Shown in pieces: positions 17,355-24,495 of a DNA stretch of 46,648 nucleotides (the stretch's first letter is position 1; the number at the start of each line of letters is the position of its first letter). Under the pieces are notes generated by a model. It was not told the origin of the DNA, searched no databases, and was given only the letters and a program-made list of their open reading frames with translations. Both the position numbers and the translations under genes were made by a program. Source of the stretch: a virus; IMG/VR virus record IMGVR_UViG_3300030381_000058. The stretch is one strand, 5' to 3'.

Positions 17355-17774
17355 ATGGAACCTGAACAGATCATCACGGCGCTCCTGGCTGTGTTGGGAT
17401 CATCCGTTGTCGTGGAGATTATCCCCATTAAAATCAACCCCTGGACGTGGCTGGCCCGGAGAATCGGGAAAGCTATTCTGGGAGATGTTACGGACCAGTT
17501 GTCCGGGATTTCCGAACAGCTAAAAAGTCACATCGAAGCGGACGCCAGGGACAAAGCTAAGCGCTTGCGGGGGCGGATTTTGCGGTTTGCGGATGAGCTA
17601 CTCCAAGGGGAGCGGCATAGTCAAGAGCATTTTAACGAAATCCTGGAGGATATCACGGAGTACAACCGATACTGTGCCACGCACCCAGATTTCCCGAATG
17701 ATAAAGCTGCTATCTCCATTGGGCACATTGAGAATGTGTACCGTGCGCGGCTGGAAAACAACGATTTTTTGTAG
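17355..17774 (+). CDS. Membrane-anchored protein upstream of the holin, function unknown
   Basis: aaagaggtg RBS. 139 aa with an N-terminal hydrophobic helix (IITALLAVLGSSVVVEII) followed by a helical soluble domain. Confidence 0.6.
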   Translation: MEPEQIITALLAVLGSSVVVEIIPIKINPWTWLARRIGKAILGDVTDQLSGISEQLKSHIEADARDKAKRLRGRILRFADELLQGERHSQEHFNEILEDITEYNRYCATHPDFPNDKAAISIGHIENVYRARLENNDFL

Positions 17775-17786
17775 GGAGGGAAACGT

Positions 17787-17975
17787 ATGAAACAACTGCT
17801 AAAACTGCTGGACGTGAAGAGCCTGGTGACGCTGGCTATGACTGGGGCGATGATCGCCTTACTGTTTTCGCCGGTGGATGTGAACCAGGACGCTGTGACG
17901 CTGTTCTGCACGGCCTACGGGGCGATCATCACGTATTTCTTCACGAAGAAAACGGAGGGCAAAAACGATGGATAA
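17787..17975 (+). CDS. Holin (small, two transmembrane segments)
   Basis: 62 aa with gggaggg RBS. Hydrophobic segments LVTLAMTGAMIALLF and LFCTAYGAIITYFF, and a charged C-terminus KKTEGKNDG. Precedes the lysin. Confidence 0.7.
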   Translation: MKQLLKLLDVKSLVTLAMTGAMIALLFSPVDVNQDAVTLFCTAYGAIITYFFTKKTEGKNDG

Positions 17976-18051
17976 ACCGACCAGCTACCTGCAAACGGAC
18001 CCTCGCTGGGCGAATATCTCGCGAGAGAAAAGCATCTACGAAAAGGAGAAG
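17968..18051 (+). pseudogene. Diverged duplicate of the endolysin 5' end (first ~18 codons), in frame with the DUF2829 ORF
   Basis: MDKPTSYLQTDPRWANIS compared with the endolysin start MNKQPTSYLQTDQRWSNIS at 18503. Both ATGs sit in ATGRATAA overlaps with the upstream stop. Many synonymous differences separate the two copies. Confidence 0.6.
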
Positions 18052-18057
18052 ATGAAC

Positions 18058-18510
18058 ATGAACCGCTATATCGGAACTAAGATCGTTGAGGCCGAACCTG
18101 CAAACCGCGTGAATGGAAAGGTCTGCTCCATCCACGATGCAGTACCTGTTGGGGCTGCGGTGGAGGAGGGCTACAAGGTCCGCTATGAGGACGGCTACGA
18201 GAGCTGGAGCCCCAAGGAGGTGTTCAAGGGAGCCTATAGGCCCACTGACGGCATGAACTTCGGGCTTGCCCTGGAGGCTGCCAAGAAGGGTGAGCGCATC
18301 GCCCGAGCCGGATGGAATGGAAAGGGTCAGTGGGTAGAGTTGGGAAAAAACATCTACTATCAGCACGAAGACGATCCGGCTCTAATGGCTTTTCATTGTG
18401 ACATTGGCAGTCATGCGCTGGTCTTTTGCGGTACAAGAGGCCGACAGGTTGGTTGGCTAGCTTCCCAGTCCGACATGCTGGCGGAGGATTGGATGGTGTT
18501 GCATGAATAA
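18058..18510 (+). CDS. DUF2829-type protein (N-terminal YIGTK...GY.V.Y.DGY.SWSPK module plus DUF2829)
   Basis: Own RBS (aaaaggag) 9 nt before ATG 18058. Contains GMNFGLALEAAKKGERIARAGWNGKGQWVEL ... GWLASQSDMLAEDWMVL. The ORF is also open upstream to 17968. Confidence 0.65.
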   Translation: MNRYIGTKIVEAEPANRVNGKVCSIHDAVPVGAAVEEGYKVRYEDGYESWSPKEVFKGAYRPTDGMNFGLALEAAKKGERIARAGWNGKGQWVELGKNIYYQHEDDPALMAFHCDIGSHALVFCGTRGRQVGWLASQSDMLAEDWMVLHE

Positions 18511-19297
18511 ACAACCGACCTCCTATCTCCAGACTGACCAGCGCTGGTCGAATATCAGCTACTCGGCCAAGGGAGAAAGCACCACTATCGGCAAATCCGG
18601 CTGTGGCCCTACCGCTATGGCGATGGTGCTGGCAACCTGGGCGGACAAATCCGTCACGCCGAAGACCGAGTGCGCCTGGGCACTGGCCCACGGCTACAAG
18701 GCCCCGCACCAGGGGACCTATTACGGCTACTTCGCCCCAGCCGCCAAGCGCTTCGGCCTGACCTGCAAGATGCTCAACGGGGCCAGCATCTACGGCAAGC
18801 CAAACAGCCCCTACCACGCCCAGGCCAAAGTTGCCGTGGACCAGGGTGATCTTGTGATCGCCTGCATGGGCCGTGGGCTTTGGACGTCTTCCGGGCACTT
18901 CGTCTTGGTGTGGAAAATCACCGGGAATACCATCTACATCAACGATCCTGCCAGCACCCGGATGGTGCGGACGCAAGGGGACTATTCGCTGTTCAAGCAG
19001 CAGGTAAAATACTATTTCGTGGCGAGAAAACCGGCCACCATTCAGCAGCCGAAAAAGGAGGATGACGAGATGGACATTGATAAGATGATCGCCAACATGA
19101 CGGGGGCGCAGGCGTTTGCGCTGTACACCAAAGCTATGACGTTTGCCGCCGCTGTGGCGGAACCTGAGTGGAGCAAAAAACAGGGGCACTGGGAAAAAGC
19201 CACACTGAAAGGCGTCGTGGACGGGCAGGAGCCGGAGCGCCCTGTCAAGCGGGATGAGCTGGCCGCTGTGCTGGGCCGTCTGGGGGTGCTGGACTGA
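18503..19297 (+). CDS. Endolysin: papain-like Cys peptidase (C39_2-like) with SLH-like C-terminal segment
   Basis: SGCGPTAMAMV (candidate nucleophile Cys) and SSGHFVLVW (candidate His). The C-terminus KGVVDGQEPERPVKRDELAAVLGRLGVL is SLH-like. Follows the holin. Confidence 0.75.
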   Translation: MNKQPTSYLQTDQRWSNISYSAKGESTTIGKSGCGPTAMAMVLATWADKSVTPKTECAWALAHGYKAPHQGTYYGYFAPAAKRFGLTCKMLNGASIYGKPNSPYHAQAKVAVDQGDLVIACMGRGLWTSSGHFVLVWKITGNTIYINDPASTRMVRTQGDYSLFKQQVKYYFVARKPATIQQPKKEDDEMDIDKMIANMTGAQAFALYTKAMTFAAAVAEPEWSKKQGHWEKATLKGVVDGQEPERPVKRDELAAVLGRLGVLD

Positions 19298-19309
19298 GGG
19301 GGTGGTGGT

Positions 19310-19504
19310 ATGCCGCGCTATCGGTACAGCCCCGCCCAGTTGGAAAAAATGCACGGAAACCCTTGGCTCACGGACCGGGAGAGGGCGGCGTTTGAGCTGC
19401 ACTACCGGAGAGGTTGGGCTATTGAGGATGTTGCTGCGGAACTCGATGTGAGTCGGGGGACCGTGAATAATGATTTGGCGTCGATTCGGCGGAAAAGTCT
19501 GTGA
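19310..19504 (+). CDS. Sigma-70 region-4-like HTH regulator (64 aa)
   Basis: LTDRERAAFELHYRRGWAIEDVAAELDVSRGTVNNDLASIRRK has the region-4/LuxR-type pattern. RBS gagggggtgg. Confidence 0.6.
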   Translation: MPRYRYSPAQLEKMHGNPWLTDRERAAFELHYRRGWAIEDVAAELDVSRGTVNNDLASIRRKSL

Positions 19505-19506
19505 AG

Positions 19507-19545
19507 AAGCCCCTGGGTTTGTCCCAGGGGCTTTTGCTTATTTTG
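19507..19545. terminator. Rho-independent terminator between convergent genes
   Basis: aagcccctggg (19507-19517) pairs with cccaggggctt (19523-19533), 11 bp, followed by ttgcttatttt. Confidence 0.8.
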
Positions 19546-19563
19546 GCTTTTTGGTAGGTTCTT

Positions 19564-19866
19564 TTACGCTATTTCATCCACTTCAACCATTTTTGTGATT
19601 GCATGCACATCCGCAGATTGAACAAATTCGTCCGGGTCGTAGGACACAACACAGTATTCCGTCACACCGATATATTTACCGGCACCGCTAGAATACGTCC
19701 TTGCAGTGGTGCTGTACTTTTTAAGCGCTGCTTCCGCTTCGGTGAGTGATTCATGCACGGAGATGATTTCCGGCTCTTCGTCCGGGATGGTGCACCCCTC
19801 TATAATCTCTTCCTTCTTTTTGTAGGGGAACTCTTTTGTGCATTTCCAAATCTCATATGTTTTCAT
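19564..19866 (-). CDS. Hypothetical protein (100 aa)
   Basis: The start MKTYEIWKC is preceded by aaaaggagaaag on the minus strand. A/T-rich. The longer 118-aa version overlaps the upstream gene. Confidence 0.55.
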   Translation of the reverse strand: MKTYEIWKCTKEFPYKKKEEIIEGCTIPDEEPEIISVHESLTEAEAALKKYSTTARTYSSGAGKYIGVTEYCVVSYDPDEFVQSADVHAITKMVEVDEIA

Positions 19867-20326
19867 TTTTCTTTCTCCTTTTTTCGTTTTCAATACCTTG
19901 TTGGAGTAGTTCGCGTACATACTCGCTGAGCGATATGTTTCGCTTGTTCGCTGTTGTTTTCAGCTCCCCTAAAATATTCTGCGGGACGAATACGCTCAAC
20001 GCATGCATGCGATTTCCGTTTTGCCTTCGGCTTTGTCCGTTCTTGTACTCCTCATATTTCTCCGCCATGTAACGCCGACTTTTTTCTTTCACGCATGCCT
20101 CGGAGCATGTTGTTGCGTTTTTATGCCTGTCCGGCGGGATAGGTTTCCCGCAAACCACACAAAAGCGAGTTGTCGTTTTTTTGGTCTCTATCTCTCTACG
20201 TTTTTGGATGGCATCCTCTAGGTTGGCGAAGCTCCCGAAATATTTGTTTGATAGTTTCACGATCCATTTCTGGGTTTTCTTGTTCCAGGAGACGCCCTTT
20301 ACACCGGATTTTTTGGTTTCCTCCAT
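19853..20326 (-). CDS. AP2-domain / zinc-ribbon / RHH-like DNA-binding protein
   Basis: GVKGVSWNKKTQKWIVKLSNKYFGSFANLEDAIQKR is AP2-like. CVVCGKPI...CSEAC is a zinc ribbon. SVFVPQNILGELKTTANKRNISLSEYVRELL is ribbon-helix-helix-like. Confidence 0.6.
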   Translation of the reverse strand: MEETKKSGVKGVSWNKKTQKWIVKLSNKYFGSFANLEDAIQKRREIETKKTTTRFCVVCGKPIPPDRHKNATTCSEACVKEKSRRYMAEKYEEYKNGQSRRQNGNRMHALSVFVPQNILGELKTTANKRNISLSEYVRELLQQGIENEKRRKKNENI

Positions 20327-20356
20327 GGTTCCTCCTAATGAAGTGATGGGGCGGCG

Positions 20357-20503
20357 TTATGCCGTCCCCTTGCTCTTCTCGATCTCACGCTGGATGAGCG
20401 ACTTGATATAGCCGCCCACCGTCATGCTTCCAGACTTAGCCAGCGCTTGCAGCTGGGATTTCATCTCCGTACTCATGCGAATCTCGATTCTTGCATCATC
20501 CAT
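20357..20503 (-). CDS. Ribbon-helix-helix (CopG/Arc-type) protein, 48 aa
   Basis: Minus-strand translation MDDARIEIRMSTEMKSQLQALAKSGSMTVGGYIKSLIQREIEKSKGTA*, with ggaggtttgagaa RBS. Too short for the ORF track. Confidence 0.6.
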   Translation of the reverse strand: MDDARIEIRMSTEMKSQLQALAKSGSMTVGGYIKSLIQREIEKSKGTA

Positions 20504-20524
20504 TTCTCAAACCTCCATCCATGC

Positions 20525-20719
20525 TTACTCTGCATACACTCCGTACTCTGCAATCTCACTCTCGCTGGCCTCATGCATGTGGTCCATGAATTCTGCCACG
20601 GTCATTTCATATTCTCTAGCCAGCCGCTCACACTCTGCGCGGTCGATACAAACGGGCATCTCCTGACCGAAAATGTCAAATTCGGTGTAGTCATCAGGGA
20701 AAAAGTAGGTCTTAGTCAT
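20525..20719 (-). CDS. Small acidic protein (64 aa), unknown function
   Basis: First gene of the minus-strand operon, with aacggaggcaaacaaa RBS. Translation begins MTKTYFFPDDYTEFDIFGQEMPVCIDRAECERLAREYEM. Confidence 0.55.
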   Translation of the reverse strand: MTKTYFFPDDYTEFDIFGQEMPVCIDRAECERLAREYEMTVAEFMDHMHEASESEIAEYGVYAE

Positions 20720-20769
20720 TTTGTTTGCCTCCGTTTTTTGTTCTGTGGGTTTCTCTCTTAACTGTCCTT

Positions 20770-20798
20770 ATTATACGACTTTTTTCCGTACAACGCAA
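20770..20798 (-). promoter_or_regulatory. Sigma-70-type promoter for the minus-strand module
   Basis: On the minus strand: TTGCGT (20798-20793), a 17-nt spacer, then TATAAT (20775-20770). One TTCCGTACAA repeat lies in the spacer. Confidence 0.55.
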
Positions 20799-20837
20799 TA
20801 GGCATATTACCTAAATATCCGTATAATTTCCGTACAA
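20784..20837. repeat. TTCCGTACAA direct repeats plus TCCGTATAA variant (candidate operators)
   Basis: Exact 10-mers at 20784-20793 and 20828-20837, with the variant tccgtataa at 20818-20826. They overlap both divergent promoter candidates. Confidence 0.55.
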
Positions 20838-20851
20838 TATGACGAAACAAA

Positions 20852-20896
20852 AGCCCCCGCCGGTTTTCTGCAACGTGCCGGTGGGGGCTGCCTTTT
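20852..20896. terminator. Bidirectional terminator-like hairpin
   Basis: agcccccgccgg (20852-20863) pairs with ccggtgggggct (20878-20889), 12 bp with one G-U. Flanked by acaaaa on the 5' side and gcctttt on the 3' side. Confidence 0.55.
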
Positions 20897-20948
20897 CTCT
20901 GGGTGGAGAATAAGGTATCCATAAAATACCACATTCCCAGTGTCGAAA

Positions 20949-20976
20949 CCCGTCCCATTTTGGGGGCGGGCTTTTT
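20949..20976 (+). terminator. Rho-independent terminator (+)
   Basis: cccgtccc pairs with ggggcggg (8 bp, one G-U) and is followed by cttttt (20971-20976). Confidence 0.5.
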
Positions 20977-21079
20977 GTTGGGCATAATTTGGGCAGGAAT
21001 TGAGCAGAAATTGGGCATGGTTTGAACAAGCAGGGGAGTGGGAAATGGTAAAATTTATTCAGAACGAGGGGTGATAACT

Positions 21080-21535
21080 ATGGCTGCTTACAGTGTGCCG
21101 AACTACAGCGGCAACTATCAAATGCCCAACCAGATGCAAAACGTGCAGGGCTATCAACAGAATCAGGTATACCAGCAGGGGCAGAACTACCAGCCTTCTA
21201 TAATCCAGCAGAGCAACAGCGGCTATATCTGCCGCCCAGTAACGGGCCGGGAGGAAGCGGTTGCCATGCAGGTTGATTTTCTGGGGCCTGGTACGTTGAT
21301 GCCTGATTTCCCCCACGGAATCATATATTTTAAGCGATTCAACCCGAACACTGGGGCGGCGGATTTTGCTGAATTCCGTTTAGCGCCGCCACAGCCGGAA
21401 CCAAAACCGGCGCAGGGCGTAACGATGGATGATTTCAACGCCCTGGCAGACAGAGTTAGAAAATTGGAAAAAATGGAGGGTGGGATAAAAAATGATGCAA
21501 ATGAACCCCATGATGTTTCTGATGCAGGCCGCTAG
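21080..21535 (+). CDS. Q/N/Y-rich (prion-like N-terminus) protein, unknown function
   Basis: gaggggtg RBS. MAAYSVPNYSGNYQMPNQMQNVQGYQQNQVYQQGQNYQPSIIQQSNSGY is followed by a folded-looking domain (ICRPVTGREEAVAMQVDFLGPG...IIYFKRFNPNTGAADFAEFRL). Confidence 0.6.
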   Translation: MAAYSVPNYSGNYQMPNQMQNVQGYQQNQVYQQGQNYQPSIIQQSNSGYICRPVTGREEAVAMQVDFLGPGTLMPDFPHGIIYFKRFNPNTGAADFAEFRLAPPQPEPKPAQGVTMDDFNALADRVRKLEKMEGGIKNDANEPHDVSDAGR

Positions 21536-21728
21536 AAGCGGGAATCCAATGGGTATGCTCCAACAGTTGGCAGGCCAGAATCCACAGATTTCTCAGGCCA
21601 TGCGGATGATGCAGGGTAAATCAACTCAGCAGTTGCAGCAGATGGCCCAGAATATGGCAAATGAACGGGGCGTTAGTCTCAACGATGTGGCCCGGCAGTT
21701 AGGAATCACGATTCCTAGCAACCGGTAA
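21492..21728 (+). CDS. Met/Gln-rich small protein (78 aa)
   Basis: GGAGGGTG RBS 9 nt upstream of the ATG. Translation begins MMQMNPMMFLMQAARSGNPMGMLQQLAGQNPQISQAMRMMQGKSTQQLQQMAQNMANERG. Overlaps the upstream ORF by 44 nt. Confidence 0.55.
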   Translation: MMQMNPMMFLMQAARSGNPMGMLQQLAGQNPQISQAMRMMQGKSTQQLQQMAQNMANERGVSLNDVARQLGITIPSNR

Positions 21729-21739
21729 CAAAATATAAC

Positions 21740-21788
21740 CCTTTCAGTTGGCGAATCTTGACAAAAATCGTCAATTCTAACTGAAAGG
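21740..21788 (+). promoter_or_regulatory. Hairpin that includes the RBS of the next gene
   Basis: cctttcagtt (21740-21749) pairs with aactgaaagg (21779-21788), 10 bp perfect with a 29-nt loop. The 3' arm contains the gaaagg SD for ATG 21800. Confidence 0.5.
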
Positions 21789-21799
21789 TGGTTTGTCAA

Positions 21800-22639
21800 A
21801 TGGCAGACGAAATGATGACTGGTTATCTGGCTGGACAGGCTGATAACAACAACTGCAACGGCGGCGGTATGTGGGGCGGTGACGGTTCCTGGATTTTCGC
21901 ATTCCTAATTATCGCCCTGATCTTCGGCGGCAACGGCTGGGGCTGGGGCAACAACGGCGCGAATGGTGGCGCAATGCAGGGGGCTATCACCCGCGCAGAC
22001 CTGTGCGAGAGTTTCAACTTCAATGGCCTTGATAACGCTGTTCGCGGCGTGCAGAGTGGCCTGTGCGATGGATTCTATGCTATGAATACCGGGATGCTGA
22101 ACGGTTTCAATGGCATGCAGCAGGTGGTTTCCAACGGCTTCCACGGTGTTGATAACGCTATCTGCGCCATGGGCTATCAGAACGCCCAGCTTATCAACGG
22201 CGTTACCCAGAACATGAACACCGGTTTTACCGGCGTGACGGCTGGCCTCACGGCTCTGGGCAATCAGATGCAGTCCTGCTGCTGCGATACTCAGCGGCAG
22301 GTGGAGCGTGGCTTCTGTGATACCAATTACAACGCCGCAACCAACGCCCGTGACATCATCCAGTCCACGCACAACGACACCGACCGGATCATTGCGCGGA
22401 TTGACCAGATGGAAACCGCGCGGCAGGCAGAGAAGATTGCGGCGCTCCAGGCTGAAAACCAGGGATTGAAATTCGCCGCATCCCAGGCCGCACAGAACAC
22501 CTACCTGGTGGCGTCCCAGGCGGACCAGACGGCGAAAATCATCAACGCTATCAACCCGCCCCCTATCCCGGCCTACCAGGTGCCTAACCCCTATACCGGG
22601 AACGCCGCCTGCGGCTGCAATAGCGGCTGCGGTTGCTGA
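21800..22639 (+). CDS. Gly/Asn-rich membrane protein with Cys-rich tail
   Basis: 279 aa. TM helix WIFAFLIIALIFGG, repeated NG(F/V)xG motifs, CCC and FCD in the middle, a coiled-coil, and a C-terminus NAACGCNSGCGC. Confidence 0.65.
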   Translation: MADEMMTGYLAGQADNNNCNGGGMWGGDGSWIFAFLIIALIFGGNGWGWGNNGANGGAMQGAITRADLCESFNFNGLDNAVRGVQSGLCDGFYAMNTGMLNGFNGMQQVVSNGFHGVDNAICAMGYQNAQLINGVTQNMNTGFTGVTAGLTALGNQMQSCCCDTQRQVERGFCDTNYNAATNARDIIQSTHNDTDRIIARIDQMETARQAEKIAALQAENQGLKFAASQAAQNTYLVASQADQTAKIINAINPPPIPAYQVPNPYTGNAACGCNSGCGC

Positions 22640-22671
22640 TCTAACACATTCCGGCTATGCCGTGACACTAA

Positions 22672-22704
22672 AGGCGGCAGGCTAAAACCTGCCGCCTATT
22701 TTTG
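22672..22704 (+). terminator. Rho-independent terminator
   Basis: aggcggcagg (22672-22681) pairs with cctgccgcct (22688-22697), 10 bp perfect, followed by atttttg. Confidence 0.8.
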
Positions 22705-22715
22705 AGAGGTGACAC

Positions 22716-22895
22716 ATGGAAAAAGAAATTTTCGACAGAGCGGTTGATATGCTACGGGATGGAAAACAGCGGGAAGCTGTTATCCTGCTGCGAGACAATG
22801 GATTTCCCTGTACCTCTGAGGACGGCGGCTTATCCGTTTCGCTTATGCTGTTGATGATAGCATTTTCTGATTGTTTCGGCAAAGAAGGAGAATAA
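22716..22895 (+). CDS. Small hydrophobic-tailed protein (59 aa)
   Basis: tttgagaggtgacac precedes the ATG. Translation MEKEIFDRAVDMLRDGKQREAVILLRDNGFPCTSEDGGLSVSLMLLMIAFSDCFGKEGE*. Too short for the ORF track. Confidence 0.45.
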   Translation: MEKEIFDRAVDMLRDGKQREAVILLRDNGFPCTSEDGGLSVSLMLLMIAFSDCFGKEGE

Positions 22896-22897
22896 AA

Positions 22898-23134
22898 ATG
22901 TTTGATTTCAATGATTTCCAAGATTTCCAGAACATAATTTGGCGTAGCAGAATGGCCAATGCAGCAAGTAAGCCAGGCGATGGCTTCGGTTTGGGGTGCT
23001 CTTCTACACCGTGTTACCAGCAGGACAACAGCAGCGAATTTTTTGTGTTCGCGGCAATTATGATGATTTTCGGCGGCGCATGGATGCGCGAAATTTCCGA
23101 AAAATTAGATGAACTGAAAGGGGATAATAAATAA
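22898..23134 (+). CDS. Small membrane protein (78 aa)
   Basis: aagaaggag RBS. MFDFNDFQDFQNIIW... with TM segment FFVFAAIMMIFGGAW. Confidence 0.55.
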   Translation: MFDFNDFQDFQNIIWRSRMANAASKPGDGFGLGCSSTPCYQQDNSSEFFVFAAIMMIFGGAWMREISEKLDELKGDNK

Positions 23135-23553
23135 TGGCCTGCAAAACGATTTGCCGCCTGTGTAATAAATTGGTGATTTCGCAGTCCGTAACGTTCACCG
23201 CTGGCACGGGCCTGATTATCAATATCCCTGCCGGTAGCTACGCGGATGGGCAGAAAGTTTGCCTGGTGATTGCACAGCGTATCCCGGCGGAAACCACGAT
23301 CACCGCGCCTGTGTTCATCACAATCGGCACGGGTACCCAGCTGTATCCGTTGAATAGATGCGATTGCACCCAGGCAACCGCTTGCAACCTGCGTACACGG
23401 ACGCGCTATTCCACGCGAGTAGCTACGTCTGCCACCGGCGGCGCCTTCAAACTGCTGGGCCGTCCCTGCTGTTCACCCGACAATTCGCTCACGGCGATCA
23501 GCGGGACTGCACAGATCGCAAATAATGCACAGGCAGAGGGGGATGCAACATGA
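23134..23553 (+). CDS. Cys-rich beta-rich protein (139 aa), unknown function
   Basis: TAATG overlap with the upstream stop. MACKTICRLCNKLV..., NRCDCTQATACN, GRPCCSPD; nine Cys residues around a Thr/Ile/Gly-rich core. Confidence 0.6.
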   Translation: MACKTICRLCNKLVISQSVTFTAGTGLIINIPAGSYADGQKVCLVIAQRIPAETTITAPVFITIGTGTQLYPLNRCDCTQATACNLRTRTRYSTRVATSATGGAFKLLGRPCCSPDNSLTAISGTAQIANNAQAEGDAT

Positions 23554-24287
23554 GCAGATTAGGCCGCATGATGCTGCTGAACTCCGGCGGCAGAAAAATG
23601 AAAATCGAGTACGAGGATGAGGGGAAACGCCGTGACTACGAGGATGCAGAACGCCGAGATCGTAGCTATGACGTAGATAATCGTTTCCGGGACAACCAGG
23701 GCAGGGAACGCTACGACAATGGCCGCTACGCGCCACAGGACACTATGCCCTATTACTATCCCCCTTATGGAGGCTACGACGATAGGGGAGGGCGTGAGCC
23801 TGGCTATACGTTGACTAGAAACGGCGGATACGCGGAACCCACCAAAGCAACCCGCCCCATTGGATTTGAGCGCGGCGATGCTCCCTACATGGGCGGCGCA
23901 GACGCCACCGTTCCCCGGTACAACGAAATGGAACGTATGCCCGGAAACCGTGCCATGACCGGCGGCGCAGAATCCAACGTTTCGCCGCGTTTCGACATGC
24001 AGATGGCCCAAGAGTGGACGCGCCGGATGCAGAATGAGGATGGCACCACTGGCCCACACTGGACAATTGACCAAACCAACAAGGTGATGGAACAGCGCGG
24101 GGTAAACGAAGACCCTGTTAAGTTCTGGGCGGCGATGAATATGATTTATTCTGATTTCGTCAATGTAGCTAAAAAGCTCGGTATTTCCAACGTAGATTTC
24201 TACACTGAAATGACCCGCGCTTTCCTGGATGATAAGGACATTTCAGGGGACAAATTGGCAAAATATTATGAATATGTCGTTAAATAA
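23550..24287 (+). CDS. Protein with R/D/Y/G-rich low-complexity N-terminal half and a conserved C-terminal domain
   Basis: ATGA overlap with the upstream stop. The C-terminus AQEWTRRMQNEDGTTGPHWTIDQTN...FWAAMNMIYSDFVNVAKKLGISNVDFYTEMTRAFLDDKD recurs in Firmicutes phage proteins as I recall it. Confidence 0.6.
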   Translation: MSRLGRMMLLNSGGRKMKIEYEDEGKRRDYEDAERRDRSYDVDNRFRDNQGRERYDNGRYAPQDTMPYYYPPYGGYDDRGGREPGYTLTRNGGYAEPTKATRPIGFERGDAPYMGGADATVPRYNEMERMPGNRAMTGGAESNVSPRFDMQMAQEWTRRMQNEDGTTGPHWTIDQTNKVMEQRGVNEDPVKFWAAMNMIYSDFVNVAKKLGISNVDFYTEMTRAFLDDKDISGDKLAKYYEYVVK

Positions 24288-24421
24288 CGAATAAACAACC
24301 GAAACCCCTAGATTTTCCCAAAATCAAAGAAACGGCCAAGGATTTTGACTAAAATTTGACTAAAGCCTGGGCGTATTTCGGGGCATCTCAAGGGACTTCA
24401 AAGTACCACCAAAAACAGCGA

Positions 24422-24466
24422 AAAACCGTTGAGAATCAAAGGAAATCCTTGAAACTCAACGGTTTT
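24422..24466. terminator. Terminator hairpin directly downstream of the tRNA-end mimic
   Basis: aaaaccgttgag (24422-24433) pairs with ctcaacggtttt (24455-24466), 12 bp. On the minus strand it is followed by tcgctgttttt. Confidence 0.6.
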
Positions 24467-24471
24467 CTGTT

Positions 24472-24495
24472 TGGCGGAGAAGGAGGGATTTGAAC
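24472..24495 (-). other. tRNA 3'-end fragment (T-loop, T-stem, acceptor, CCA): probable attP core
   Basis: Minus strand reads GTTCAAAT-CCCTC-CTTCTCC-G-CCA. The match to a tRNA stops where the 5' T-stem strand should be. Discriminator G with a GGAGAAG-type acceptor fits tRNA-Ser-like genes. Confidence 0.6.

Noticed and set aside
18224-19402. 392-aa minus-strand ORF across the DUF2829, endolysin and sigma-like genes
   Set aside because: It is antisense to three well-supported + strand genes. It has Arg/Pro/Gly/His-rich composition and no RBS.
20758-21029. Minus-strand ORFs of 86 and 72 aa in the 20720-21080 gap
   Set aside because: They span two terminator hairpins and the promoter/operator region. 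They are Pro/Trp/Cys-rich with no RBS. The region is better explained as regulatory or non-coding.
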